NCBI GenBank assembly: GCA_036652735.1
Contig: JAVVVI010000014.1
Location: forward strand, 19,658 to 51,657
From: Lachnospiraceae bacterium
GTDB lineage: Bacteria; Bacillota; Clostridia; Lachnospirales; Lachnospiraceae
Direction: 5' to 3'
DNA: 32,000 bases
In this document: positions 25,116 through 32,000 of the stretch, piece by piece
How the letters are laid out: every line of letters starts with the position of its first letter
Numbering within the stretch: position 1 is the first letter of the stretch
Program-made: the position numbers and the translations under genes
The notes under the pieces: generated by a model
Told to the model about the DNA's origin: nothing
Databases searched by the model: none
Seen by the model: only the letters and a program-made list of their open reading frames with translations

Positions 25116-26469
25116 ATCGGTCTTCAATTGGGAGATATGACCGTTGTTCTGTGACTGCCATATAAGCAGGCCGCATAATTTTTCCATTATAGAGAAGTTC
25201 TTCTAATCGGTGGGCACTCCAGCCGGAAATTCTGGATATGGCAAAGAGTGGCGTATATAGTTGTGGTGGTAAGTCCAACAGCTCATAAACGAATCCGCTG
25301 AAGAAATCAACATTTGGACTTACACCTTTGAAAATCTTGCATTCTTCTGAGATTACTTTTGGAGCAAGACGTGATACAAGGGCATATAAGTTATACTCAC
25401 GGTCACGATTTTTTTCTCTAGAAACATCCTTGGCAAAACGTCTTAAAATTTCAGCACGAGGATCGGACAAGGAGTAGACAGCATGTCCCATGCCATAAAT
25501 TAAACCGGTATGGTCAAATCCTGTTTTATTAAGAAGGGTTCTTAAATAGTCTGAAATAGCATCTTCGTCGGTCCAGTCTTTTACATGTTCTTTTAAATCA
25601 CTCATCATAAGAACGACCTTATTATTTGCACCACCATGTTTATTACCCTTTAGGGAACCCAAAGCAGCAGCAATAGCAGAGTAGGTATCCGTTCCGGAAG
25701 AAGTGACCATTCGAGTAGTAAAGGTGGAATTATTACCACCACCATGTTCCATATGCAGAACCAGACAAATATCCAGTAATTTGGCTTCCATTTGTGTGTA
25801 GGTTCCATCCATACGCAGAAGACTTAAAATGGTCTCAGCAGTTGAGAGCTGTTTTTGCGGAGAATGAATAACAAGGCTGTAACCATCATGATAATGGCGG
25901 TAAATCTGGTATCCATATACAGAAAGCATAGGAAACACACTTGTTAACTGGAGACATTGCCGCAACACATTTGGAACAGTGATATCATCTGCAAAGCTGT
26001 CATAGGAATATAAGGTCAATACGCTTCTTGCCAGCATATTCATTAAATCTTTACTTGGAGCCATCATTAGGATGTCTCTTAGAAAAGTAGCAGGTAATTC
26101 ACGGTAACCTGCAAGAATATGTAGGAAAGACGCTAATTGTTCTTTGTTTGGTAAATCACCAAATAGAAGAAGATAGAGACTTTCTTCATATCCAAAATTG
26201 GATTCCGGTGGGATACCGGTGATAATATCATGTATATCATAGCCTCGATAAAAAAGTTCACCTGGGGCAGGTACCGATTTGCCATTTACTAATTTTGTGG
26301 CATTTACTTCAGATACTTCCGTGATTCCCACAAGTACACCGCGTCCATTCTCATCCCTTAATCCACGTTTTACATTGTATTCGGTATAGAGTTCGGATTT
26401 TATATGAGCGGATTGTTTGCATAAGTTTGAAAGTGATTGTATTTCTGGAGTAATGGTTCTGTTTATCAT
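25114..26469 (-). CDS. Citrate synthase
   Basis: Citrate-synthase family motifs: LVLHMEHGGGNNSTF, GSLKGNKHGGANNKV, GMGHAVY, and SGWSAH near the C-terminus. I set the start at ATG 26469 (MINRTITPEIQ), 8 nt after AGGAGG. The track start at 26529 is unsupported. Confidence 0.88.
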   Translation of the reverse strand: MINRTITPEIQSLSNLCKQSAHIKSELYTEYNVKRGLRDENGRGVLVGITEVSEVNATKLVNGKSVPAPGELFYRGYDIHDIITGIPPESNFGYEESLYLLLFGDLPNKEQLASFLHILAGYRELPATFLRDILMMAPSKDLMNMLARSVLTLYSYDSFADDITVPNVLRQCLQLTSVFPMLSVYGYQIYRHYHDGYSLVIHSPQKQLSTAETILSLLRMDGTYTQMEAKLLDICLVLHMEHGGGNNSTFTTRMVTSSGTDTYSAIAAALGSLKGNKHGGANNKVVLMMSDLKEHVKDWTDEDAISDYLRTLLNKTGFDHTGLIYGMGHAVYSLSDPRAEILRRFAKDVSREKNRDREYNLYALVSRLAPKVISEECKIFKGVSPNVDFFSGFVYELLDLPPQLYTPLFAISRISGWSAHRLEELLYNGKIMRPAYMAVTEQRSYLPIEDR

Positions 26470-26561
26470 GTTGTGTACCTCCTTTACAAGCAGCGATAGA
26501 AAGCAGCCAATTCTACTTTCCAACGTCATAATAAAATTAGGGATTCATTAATTAATAACTA

Positions 26562-26591
26562 ATAATACCATATATCTTATCGCTTTTTCAA
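26562..26591 (-). promoter_or_regulatory. Candidate promoter of citrate synthase (extended -10)
   Basis: On the - strand, TTGAAA (26586..26591), an 18-nt spacer, then TGgTATTAT (-10 at 26562..26567 with the TG extension). Confidence 0.4.
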
Positions 26592-26771
26592 GTTAATATT
26601 CTGAGTTTATTGAAAATTCATAGAAATTTTTCAAAAAAGTCATAATTACAGTTTTAAAAAAAGTATCAAATAGGATTGCAGGTAGATTTTTTGAAAAAAA
26701 TGCGTTAAAATAAGGAAAAGAGAAACGCAGAAAAGACTCTTTTTAATTGTACTTGAAAAAGGGGGTATTAT

Positions 26772-27170
26772 ATGTTAAATTATGAAGAGTTGATTCAAGA
26801 GGCTGTCAAAGCAAGGAACTTTGCCTATGCACCGTATTCAAATTTTCATGTAGGAGCGGCATTACTAACAAAGTCGGGAACTGTCTACACGGGATGTAAT
26901 ATAGAGAATGCGGCATATACACCAACGAACTGTGCAGAGAGAACTGCATTTTTTAAGGCAATTTCTCAAGGAGAACGTGACTTTCAGGCAATTGCTATTA
27001 TTGGAGAAAAAAATGATTATCTTGCACCATGCGGGGTATGCAGACAGGTAATGATGGAATTTGTAGATCCGGTATCTTTTTATATTATTCTTGCCAGAAA
27101 TGAAAAAGATTACCAGGTGATGACCCTTGATGAATTATTCCCATATGCATTTGGGAAAGAAAATTTATAG
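26772..27170 (+). CDS. cdd: Cytidine deaminase (homotetrameric type)
   Basis: The zinc-ligand motifs CAERTA and PCGVCRQ at typical spacing in a protein of about 130 aa. A GGGGGT RBS is present. Confidence 0.9.
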   Translation: MLNYEELIQEAVKARNFAYAPYSNFHVGAALLTKSGTVYTGCNIENAAYTPTNCAERTAFFKAISQGERDFQAIAIIGEKNDYLAPCGVCRQVMMEFVDPVSFYIILARNEKDYQVMTLDELFPYAFGKENL

Positions 27171-27191
27171 AGGATACGAGGAGGATATGTA

Positions 27192-28871
27192 ATGGCTACA
27201 AAAGCGTATTACCAAAGAACAGATATCGGACCGGGGAAAGTGGGATTTTCAAAGACACGTTCCATTATTGAGGCTGCTTTTTATGGCAATAACGTAAAAA
27301 AAGTGAATACTCTAAAAGAAGCATATAAACTGGCAGTGGCATCACCGGGGACAATTGTTACAGATATGCCTGTTTACAGAGGGGAAGAATTTGGATTAGA
27401 ACCGGATGCAAAGGTATTGCTATTTAACGATGGTTCCATTACCGGACGTTATGCACCGGCAAGAAGAATTACCGGAGAACCGGGAGTTGCCTGTGATAAA
27501 CTGGATAAACTTCTGATGGATGCGGTTTATGACACCAGATGGAAAACGATGTATCATGCAGAAGTATTTATTGGTTTGGATCCGGAATTTATGGTAAAGG
27601 CACATTTGTTGATCCCGGAAGGGGAAGAAAACCTAATGTATTCTTGGATGCTTAACTTCCAGTACCAGTCAGATGAATATGTTAAGATGTACAAAGAATC
27701 CAAACTCTACGATAAAGAAGCGGATATTTATATTTTTTCGGATCCTCAATGGAAAGGTACAACGCAGACAGATATTTCGGATCCAAACTGTTTGTGTTAT
27801 TTTAATACAGAGCAGAACTGTGCTTCTATTTTAGGAATGAGATATTTTGGAGAACATAAAAAGGGTACGTTAACCCTTGCTTGGGCAATTGCAAATAGAA
27901 ATGGCTATGCTTCCTGTCATGGGGGACAGAAAGAATATACATTAAAGGATAATTCCAAGTTTGTTGCAGCTGTATTTGGATTATCCGGCTCAGGAAAATC
28001 AACATTGACACATGCAAAGCATGATGGAAAATATCCATCCATTAAAGTACTTCATGATGATGCGTTTGTAATCAATGCAGAAAGCTGTGCATCGATTGCA
28101 CTGGAGCCAACTTATTTTGATAAAACCGCAGATTATCCAACTGCCTGTGAAGATAATAAATTCTTATTGACCGCACAAAACTGTTCCGCAACCTTAGATG
28201 AAGAGGGAAAAGTCGTTCTGGTAACAGAAGATATTCGCAATGGCAATGGTCGAGCAATTAAATCTAAATTATGGTCACCAAACCGGGTAGACAAAATAGA
28301 AGCGCCGGTAAACGCTATTTTCTGGATTATGAAGGACCCAACCATTCCACCAATTGTAAAATTAAAAGGAGCATCTCTTGCATCTGTTATGGGAGCGACC
28401 TTAGCAACGAAACGTTCCACAGCAGAGCGCTTAAAAGAGGGCGTTGATCCGAACAAACTTGTAGTGGAACCTTATGCAAATCCGTTTAGAACTTATCCAC
28501 TGGTAAATGATTATGAAAAATTCAAAAAATTAGTGGAAGAGAAGAATGTGGATTGTTATATTATTAATACCGGTGAATTTATGGGTAAAAAAGTAAAGAA
28601 GGAAGATACGCTTGGTGTATTAGAAGCGATTGTAGATGGAACCGCAGTATTTAAGCAGTGGGGACCATTTTCCGATATTGAACTATATGAATGGGATGGC
28701 TTTGTACCGAACTTAAAAGATGAGGCATATCTCTCACAAATGAAACAAAGAATGCAGGAACGATTGGATTATGTGCAGTCTTTGGATACGGTAAAAGAAG
28801 GATATAATAAACTTCCAAAGGACGCTGCTTTAGCATTAAAGAAAGTAGTGGATGAAGCAAATACTTTATAA
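27192..28871 (+). CDS. pckA: Phosphoenolpyruvate carboxykinase (ATP)
   Basis: Kinase-1a loop GLSGSGKSTL, HDDAF, and GNGRA-type motifs, in a protein of about 560 aa typical of clostridial PckA. Confidence 0.85.
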   Translation: MATKAYYQRTDIGPGKVGFSKTRSIIEAAFYGNNVKKVNTLKEAYKLAVASPGTIVTDMPVYRGEEFGLEPDAKVLLFNDGSITGRYAPARRITGEPGVACDKLDKLLMDAVYDTRWKTMYHAEVFIGLDPEFMVKAHLLIPEGEENLMYSWMLNFQYQSDEYVKMYKESKLYDKEADIYIFSDPQWKGTTQTDISDPNCLCYFNTEQNCASILGMRYFGEHKKGTLTLAWAIANRNGYASCHGGQKEYTLKDNSKFVAAVFGLSGSGKSTLTHAKHDGKYPSIKVLHDDAFVINAESCASIALEPTYFDKTADYPTACEDNKFLLTAQNCSATLDEEGKVVLVTEDIRNGNGRAIKSKLWSPNRVDKIEAPVNAIFWIMKDPTIPPIVKLKGASLASVMGATLATKRSTAERLKEGVDPNKLVVEPYANPFRTYPLVNDYEKFKKLVEEKNVDCYIINTGEFMGKKVKKEDTLGVLEAIVDGTAVFKQWGPFSDIELYEWDGFVPNLKDEAYLSQMKQRMQERLDYVQSLDTVKEGYNKLPKDAALALKKVVDEANTL

Positions 28872-28875
28872 AGTC

Positions 28876-28904
28876 TTGCAAATAACTTAGATTCATTGTA
28901 TAAT
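28876..28904 (+). promoter_or_regulatory. Sigma-A promoter driving the non-coding region downstream of pckA
   Basis: TTGCAA (28876..28881), an exact 17-nt spacer, then TATAAT (28899..28904), starting 5 nt after the pckA stop. Confidence 0.65.
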
Positions 28905-28911
28905 ATGCAAT

Positions 28912-29100
28912 AGAAAAAGAATTCCTGGGATGTTCGAGCACCTACTATTTTGAACCTACGTCTATTTTTATGGGAGTCCTAAATTGCTCATTGGATGTCA
29001 AGCCGTAGTAACTGGCGGAAGGCAGAAGATAAAGCTGCGGATACCCACCTAGCTTTGCTAGGAGTCAAAATTGTTAGGAACGGCATTTTGGGTTTTCAAA
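28912..29100 (+). ncRNA. ssrS: Candidate 6S RNA (SsrS-like structured RNA of about 190 nt)
   Basis: There is no credible ORF or RBS here. The 5' and 3' segments pair into a long interrupted rod: 28924..28932 CCTGGGATG with 29084..29092 CATTTTGGG; 28941..28953 with 29065..29078; and 28971..28979 TGGGAGTCC with 29039..29047 GGATACCCA. Internal loops separate these helices. The 5' GAUGUUCG (28929..28936) and 3' CGGCAU (29081..29086) resemble the E. coli 6S termini as I recall them. The ends given are approximate. Confidence 0.55.
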
Positions 29101-29179
29101 AGAAAAAAGAAGTACAAAAGAATTTTATAGAGATGCAAAAGAGAATAAATGAACATAAGTTACGAATGAGAGTTACGAA

Positions 29180-29220
29180 GGAAAGAAGCTGCATTTTGAG
29201 ATGCAGCTTCTTTCCGTATT
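29180..29220 (+). terminator. Hairpin terminator downstream of the 6S-like RNA and upstream of the SpoIID-family gene
   Basis: Perfect 15-bp stem GGAAAGAAGCTGCAT-TTTGAG-ATGCAGCTTCTTTCC. The U-tract is weak (the TTTCC is part of the stem, then GTATT). Confidence 0.55.
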
Positions 29221-29258
29221 CAGGAAGGGCCATATAAAAGTATCTGAGAGGACTAAGA

Positions 29259-31139
29259 ATGAAAAAAACCACCTTATTTTACATAAAATCATCGATTTTA
29301 ATTCTGGGAACAGTAGTGCTGACTATTGCAATGATTCATCAATGGGGGAAAAAAGAACTACCGGAAAAAAGTAATCCGGTATTTTCAGAACAGTATGTAA
29401 CTGCAGAGGAAATTCCGTCCCTTTTATCTTTTGTGTATCACACCAAAGAGGAATGGCAGGAAAAATTCAAAGGACAATTATCGAAAAAAATCACCTATCA
29501 GGATCTGAGCTTTATTATAAAAAGCTTAGGGCTTACAAATCATGTAACGTATTCCAAAGAAAAGAAGGAGATGCTTGTGACCCGGGGAGTCTTTAATCAT
29601 GTCTATGAGCAGGTACTGGAACTATTGGATAGTAGTCATACTGTGACAAAGTCTCAGACAAAATTTTTAAAGATTACCCAGGGAGCAAACGGACACGTTG
29701 TGGTAATGACGACAGACGACTTCTTTGAATTGGAGTTGAAAGAAGGATTTGTACAGGAAAATCAAATCTATGGAATCTATTCCTACCAGGGGAAAATTAT
29801 TGGAGTAAATTGCCATATGATAGATGATATTATTGGTGAAAACCATTACAAAGAGCAAACGCTTCCCTGTAAAAATAAAATAATTCGTGTGGTAATTAAA
29901 AATCAAACCAGTGTTTATCGAAGGAAAGTATATATTACAGCAGATACGGATTTTTATATTACCAATCATGGGGATGTTAAGAAGTATCAAAAGGGAACCA
30001 TAGTTTCAGTTGGAAAATTAAATCTTAAAAAAGACGGCGATTATATTATTGCAAAAAATAAATCGAAATCCAATGATTTTTTCTTAACCAATGAAAAGGG
30101 GGAAAAAATATCAAAAGGGTATAGAGGAACGTTTTATATTTATCGATATAAGGAAGGTTATGTTGTTGTAAATCATCTGGGAATTGAAGACTATTTATGT
30201 GGTGTGGTAACCAGCGAGATGCCGGAATGCTTTCATATTGAGGCATTAAAGGCACAGGCGGTTTGCGCCAGAAGTTATGTATATAGTCAGATTACAGCCG
30301 GAGATTATGCGAATTTAAAGGCGCATATTGATGACAGCACCCGATATCAGGCTTATAATATTCAGAATGAGAATCAAAAATCATGTGAAGCAATTGCGGC
30401 AACCAAAGGAGAAGTCCTTACCTATAACAATAAAATAGCAACGGCATATTATTTTTCCACCTCTTGTGGAGTGACTTCTGATTATAAATTCTGGGAATTG
30501 CCAAAAAAGAAGTTTGGCTATTTACAGGAAGCGTCACTTGGCAGAAACAAGAATCTATCAAAGAATAAAAAATTTGAAGAATTTATTCAAAGAAGAGCAA
30601 ACGCATATGATCAAGATGCCCCTTACTATCGGTGGAAGGGTGTATGGAAACCGAATACCTATCGTTTTGTTATAAAAGCGGCCATTGCAGAGCGAAAACT
30701 GGCGGCACCGGATACCGTGGAGATTCATTGGAACAAGAAAGAAAATGCAACGGCAGATTTATCAAGTATTGGGAACTTTGTGGGAATTAAAAATATTAAA
30801 AGAGAAAAAAGTGGTGGAATTCATTCACTGACGCTGGTGTATGAAAATGGAAAAGTAGAATTAAAGTCTGAATATACCATTCGCTTTGTTATTGGTACCG
30901 GAGTTCCAACGGTAACACTTAAGAATCATACCAAGCAGGCATCCTCTCTTTTACCAAGTGCGTATTGTATGTTTCGAAAAAAACAAGATGGTTCCTATGA
31001 AATACGTGGCGGCGGATTTGGCCATGGTATTGGAATGAGCCAGTATGGTGCAGATCAAATGGGAAAAGAGGGATTTTCTTATAAAGAGATTTTACATTTT
31101 TATTATGATGGAGTAAAATTAGAACAATATGAAGAATAA
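29259..31139 (+). CDS. SpoIID/LytB domain-containing protein (membrane-anchored, long N-terminal extension)
   Basis: An N-terminal TM anchor. The C-terminal ~320 aa carry SpoIID signatures: EDYLCGVVTSEMP, EALKAQAVCARSY, ATAYYFSTSCG and GHGIGMSQYGA. Confidence 0.85.
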   Translation: MKKTTLFYIKSSILILGTVVLTIAMIHQWGKKELPEKSNPVFSEQYVTAEEIPSLLSFVYHTKEEWQEKFKGQLSKKITYQDLSFIIKSLGLTNHVTYSKEKKEMLVTRGVFNHVYEQVLELLDSSHTVTKSQTKFLKITQGANGHVVVMTTDDFFELELKEGFVQENQIYGIYSYQGKIIGVNCHMIDDIIGENHYKEQTLPCKNKIIRVVIKNQTSVYRRKVYITADTDFYITNHGDVKKYQKGTIVSVGKLNLKKDGDYIIAKNKSKSNDFFLTNEKGEKISKGYRGTFYIYRYKEGYVVVNHLGIEDYLCGVVTSEMPECFHIEALKAQAVCARSYVYSQITAGDYANLKAHIDDSTRYQAYNIQNENQKSCEAIAATKGEVLTYNNKIATAYYFSTSCGVTSDYKFWELPKKKFGYLQEASLGRNKNLSKNKKFEEFIQRRANAYDQDAPYYRWKGVWKPNTYRFVIKAAIAERKLAAPDTVEIHWNKKENATADLSSIGNFVGIKNIKREKSGGIHSLTLVYENGKVELKSEYTIRFVIGTGVPTVTLKNHTKQASSLLPSAYCMFRKKQDGSYEIRGGGFGHGIGMSQYGADQMGKEGFSYKEILHFYYDGVKLEQYEE

Positions 31140-31154
31140 AGCGAGGTGCTTTTT

Positions 31155-32000
31155 ATGTTTTGGAAGATTGCTGCACTCATAAAAGGATTTTTTGATGAAA
31201 TGAAAGAAGACAATGTGGGGGCGTTTGCCTGTCAATCCGCCTTTTTTGTAATATTATCCTTTATTCCATTTACCATTTTATTTATTTCATTAATTCAATA
31301 TACACCAATTACAGAAGCGACCGTGTTGCAGTTGGTTCAAAAAATGCTTCCCAGCTACGTATCACCATTATTGGTGTCTGTAATATCAGAAGTTTTTACA
31401 AAGTCGGTTGGAATTGTATCAGTAGCAGCGGTTGCAGCAATTTGGTCTTCTGCGAAAGGCTTTCAGTATTTGTCCACCGGTTTAAATGTGATTTATGATT
31501 TAAAAGAAACCAGAAATTTTCTTGTTCTTCGTATCCGTGCCATTGGATACACCTTGTTATTATTAGTTGCGATTGTGTTTACTTTGGTTCTATTGGTATT
31601 TGGCAATCGTATTCAAAAAAAAATATCACTGGATCTTCCGATTTTAGGTCAGATTATGAATGGAATGATTAATTTGCGTATGGTGATTATGCTTATTGGT
31701 CTGGTTATTTTTTTCCTTGTTTTATTAAAAGCACTTCCAAATCGAAGAGCATCCATGCTAAGCCAGATTCCGGGGGCGGTATTAGCAGCCCTGGGGTGGT
31801 ATGGATTGTCCGCAGCAATGTCCATCTATGTAGATTATTTTAATGGATTCTCCATGTATGGAAGTTTGACAACCGTAGTATTGTTAATGCTCTGGGTATA
31901 TTTTTGTATGTATATTCTTCTTATTTGTGCGGAAATTAATTCATTGATTGGAGAATGGTTCGCCTATAAGATACGTAATAGAAAGAAATTTACAAGATAG
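31155..32000 (+). CDS. YihY/BrkB (virulence factor BrkB / former 'RNase BN') family membrane protein
   Basis: About six TM helices with the family N-terminal motif (..ACQSAFFVILSFIPF..). ATG 31155 lies 6 nt after GAGGTG. The TAG stop falls exactly at 31998..32000, so the CDS is complete. Confidence 0.8.
   Translation: MFWKIAALIKGFFDEMKEDNVGAFACQSAFFVILSFIPFTILFISLIQYTPITEATVLQLVQKMLPSYVSPLLVSVISEVFTKSVGIVSVAAVAAIWSSAKGFQYLSTGLNVIYDLKETRNFLVLRIRAIGYTLLLLVAIVFTLVLLVFGNRIQKKISLDLPILGQIMNGMINLRMVIMLIGLVIFFLVLLKALPNRRASMLSQIPGAVLAALGWYGLSAAMSIYVDYFNGFSMYGSLTTVVLLMLWVYFCMYILLICAEINSLIGEWFAYKIRNRKKFTR

Noticed and set aside
29158-29179. 9-nt direct repeat AGTTACGAA-N4-AGTTACGAA between the 6S-like RNA and the hairpin
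   Set aside because: It is a single short duplication in an A-rich spacer, with no second copy elsewhere in the window. That is insufficient to call a binding site. It is worth a look only if the region proves conserved.
28995-29237. 80-aa ORF in the pckA / SpoIID-family intergenic region
   Set aside because: It has no Shine-Dalgarno sequence. It starts inside the paired core of the 6S-like RNA and runs through the 15-bp terminator hairpin. Its composition is Lys/Arg-rich junk typical of A-rich non-coding sequence.
28905-29258. Riboswitch, T-box or c-di-nucleotide leader controlling the SpoIID-family gene
   Set aside because: The geometry of promoter, structured RNA, hairpin and gene fits an attenuator. 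However, I could not find the core sequences of the ydaO, GEMM-I/II, ZTP, T-box, SAM or cobalamin classes. The 5'/3' rod-like pairing and the 6S-like termini fit 6S RNA better. This remains an alternative until a covariance-model scan is done.
1-32000. CRISPR arrays, tRNA/rRNA genes, IS elements, prophage or integrase signatures
   Set aside because: I scanned for regularly spaced direct repeats, tRNA T-arm-like GGTTCGAATCC motifs, and transposase or integrase-like translations in the ORF track, and found none. The only mobile-element echo is the degenerate HNH-AP2 protein at 22432..23232.

Overview
This looks like a low-GC Firmicutes chromosome segment, probably a Clostridia/Lachnospiraceae-type anaerobe. 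That guess rests on a SpoIID-family gene, AGGAGG ribosome-binding sites and A/T-rich intergenic DNA. It is densely coding with mostly housekeeping or accessory-metabolic genes. I see no rRNA, tRNA, CRISPR array, transposase or integrase.

Gene order:
- secDF, 5'-truncated by the window edge
- A short KdpD-like kinase with a KdpE-like regulator (- strand)
- A ZIP metal transporter (- strand)
- A Bce-type peptide-antibiotic resistance module (BceR-like regulator, BceS-like kinase, BceAB-like ABC transporter). Its regulator gene is separated from the kinase by a translationally coupled nucleoside-catabolism block: deoB, pdp, deoC and a BMP lipoprotein.
- A DUF1667 / ALDH3 / hemerythrin operon
- On the - strand: an M6-like metalloprotease, a TRIC/UPF0126 channel and a small AsrC-like sulfite/nitrite-reductase-domain protein
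- A MetRS-like class I aminoacyl-tRNA synthetase with an atypical KMSKS loop
- A Big_2 / cell-wall-binding-repeat / YkuD L,D-transpeptidase
- A compact - strand operon: a CheY-like receiver, then a protein with four MshEN-like repeats and a CheX-like C-terminus, then an AP2 / degenerate-HNH / AP2 DNA-binding protein
- A small 3-TM protein, citrate synthase (- strand), cdd and pckA
- A promoter-driven structured RNA of about 190 nt that I read as 6S RNA
- A long SpoIID/LytB-domain protein and a YihY/BrkB-family membrane protein

The best candidate for an undescribed system is the receiver / MshEN-CheX / AP2 operon at 22432..24578. The split Bce module and the 6S-like RNA are the next most interesting items.

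Many first-start positions in the ORF track are over-extended. I re-set them using Shine-Dalgarno spacing. All homology statements come from reading the translations and motif recall, because no searches could be run.
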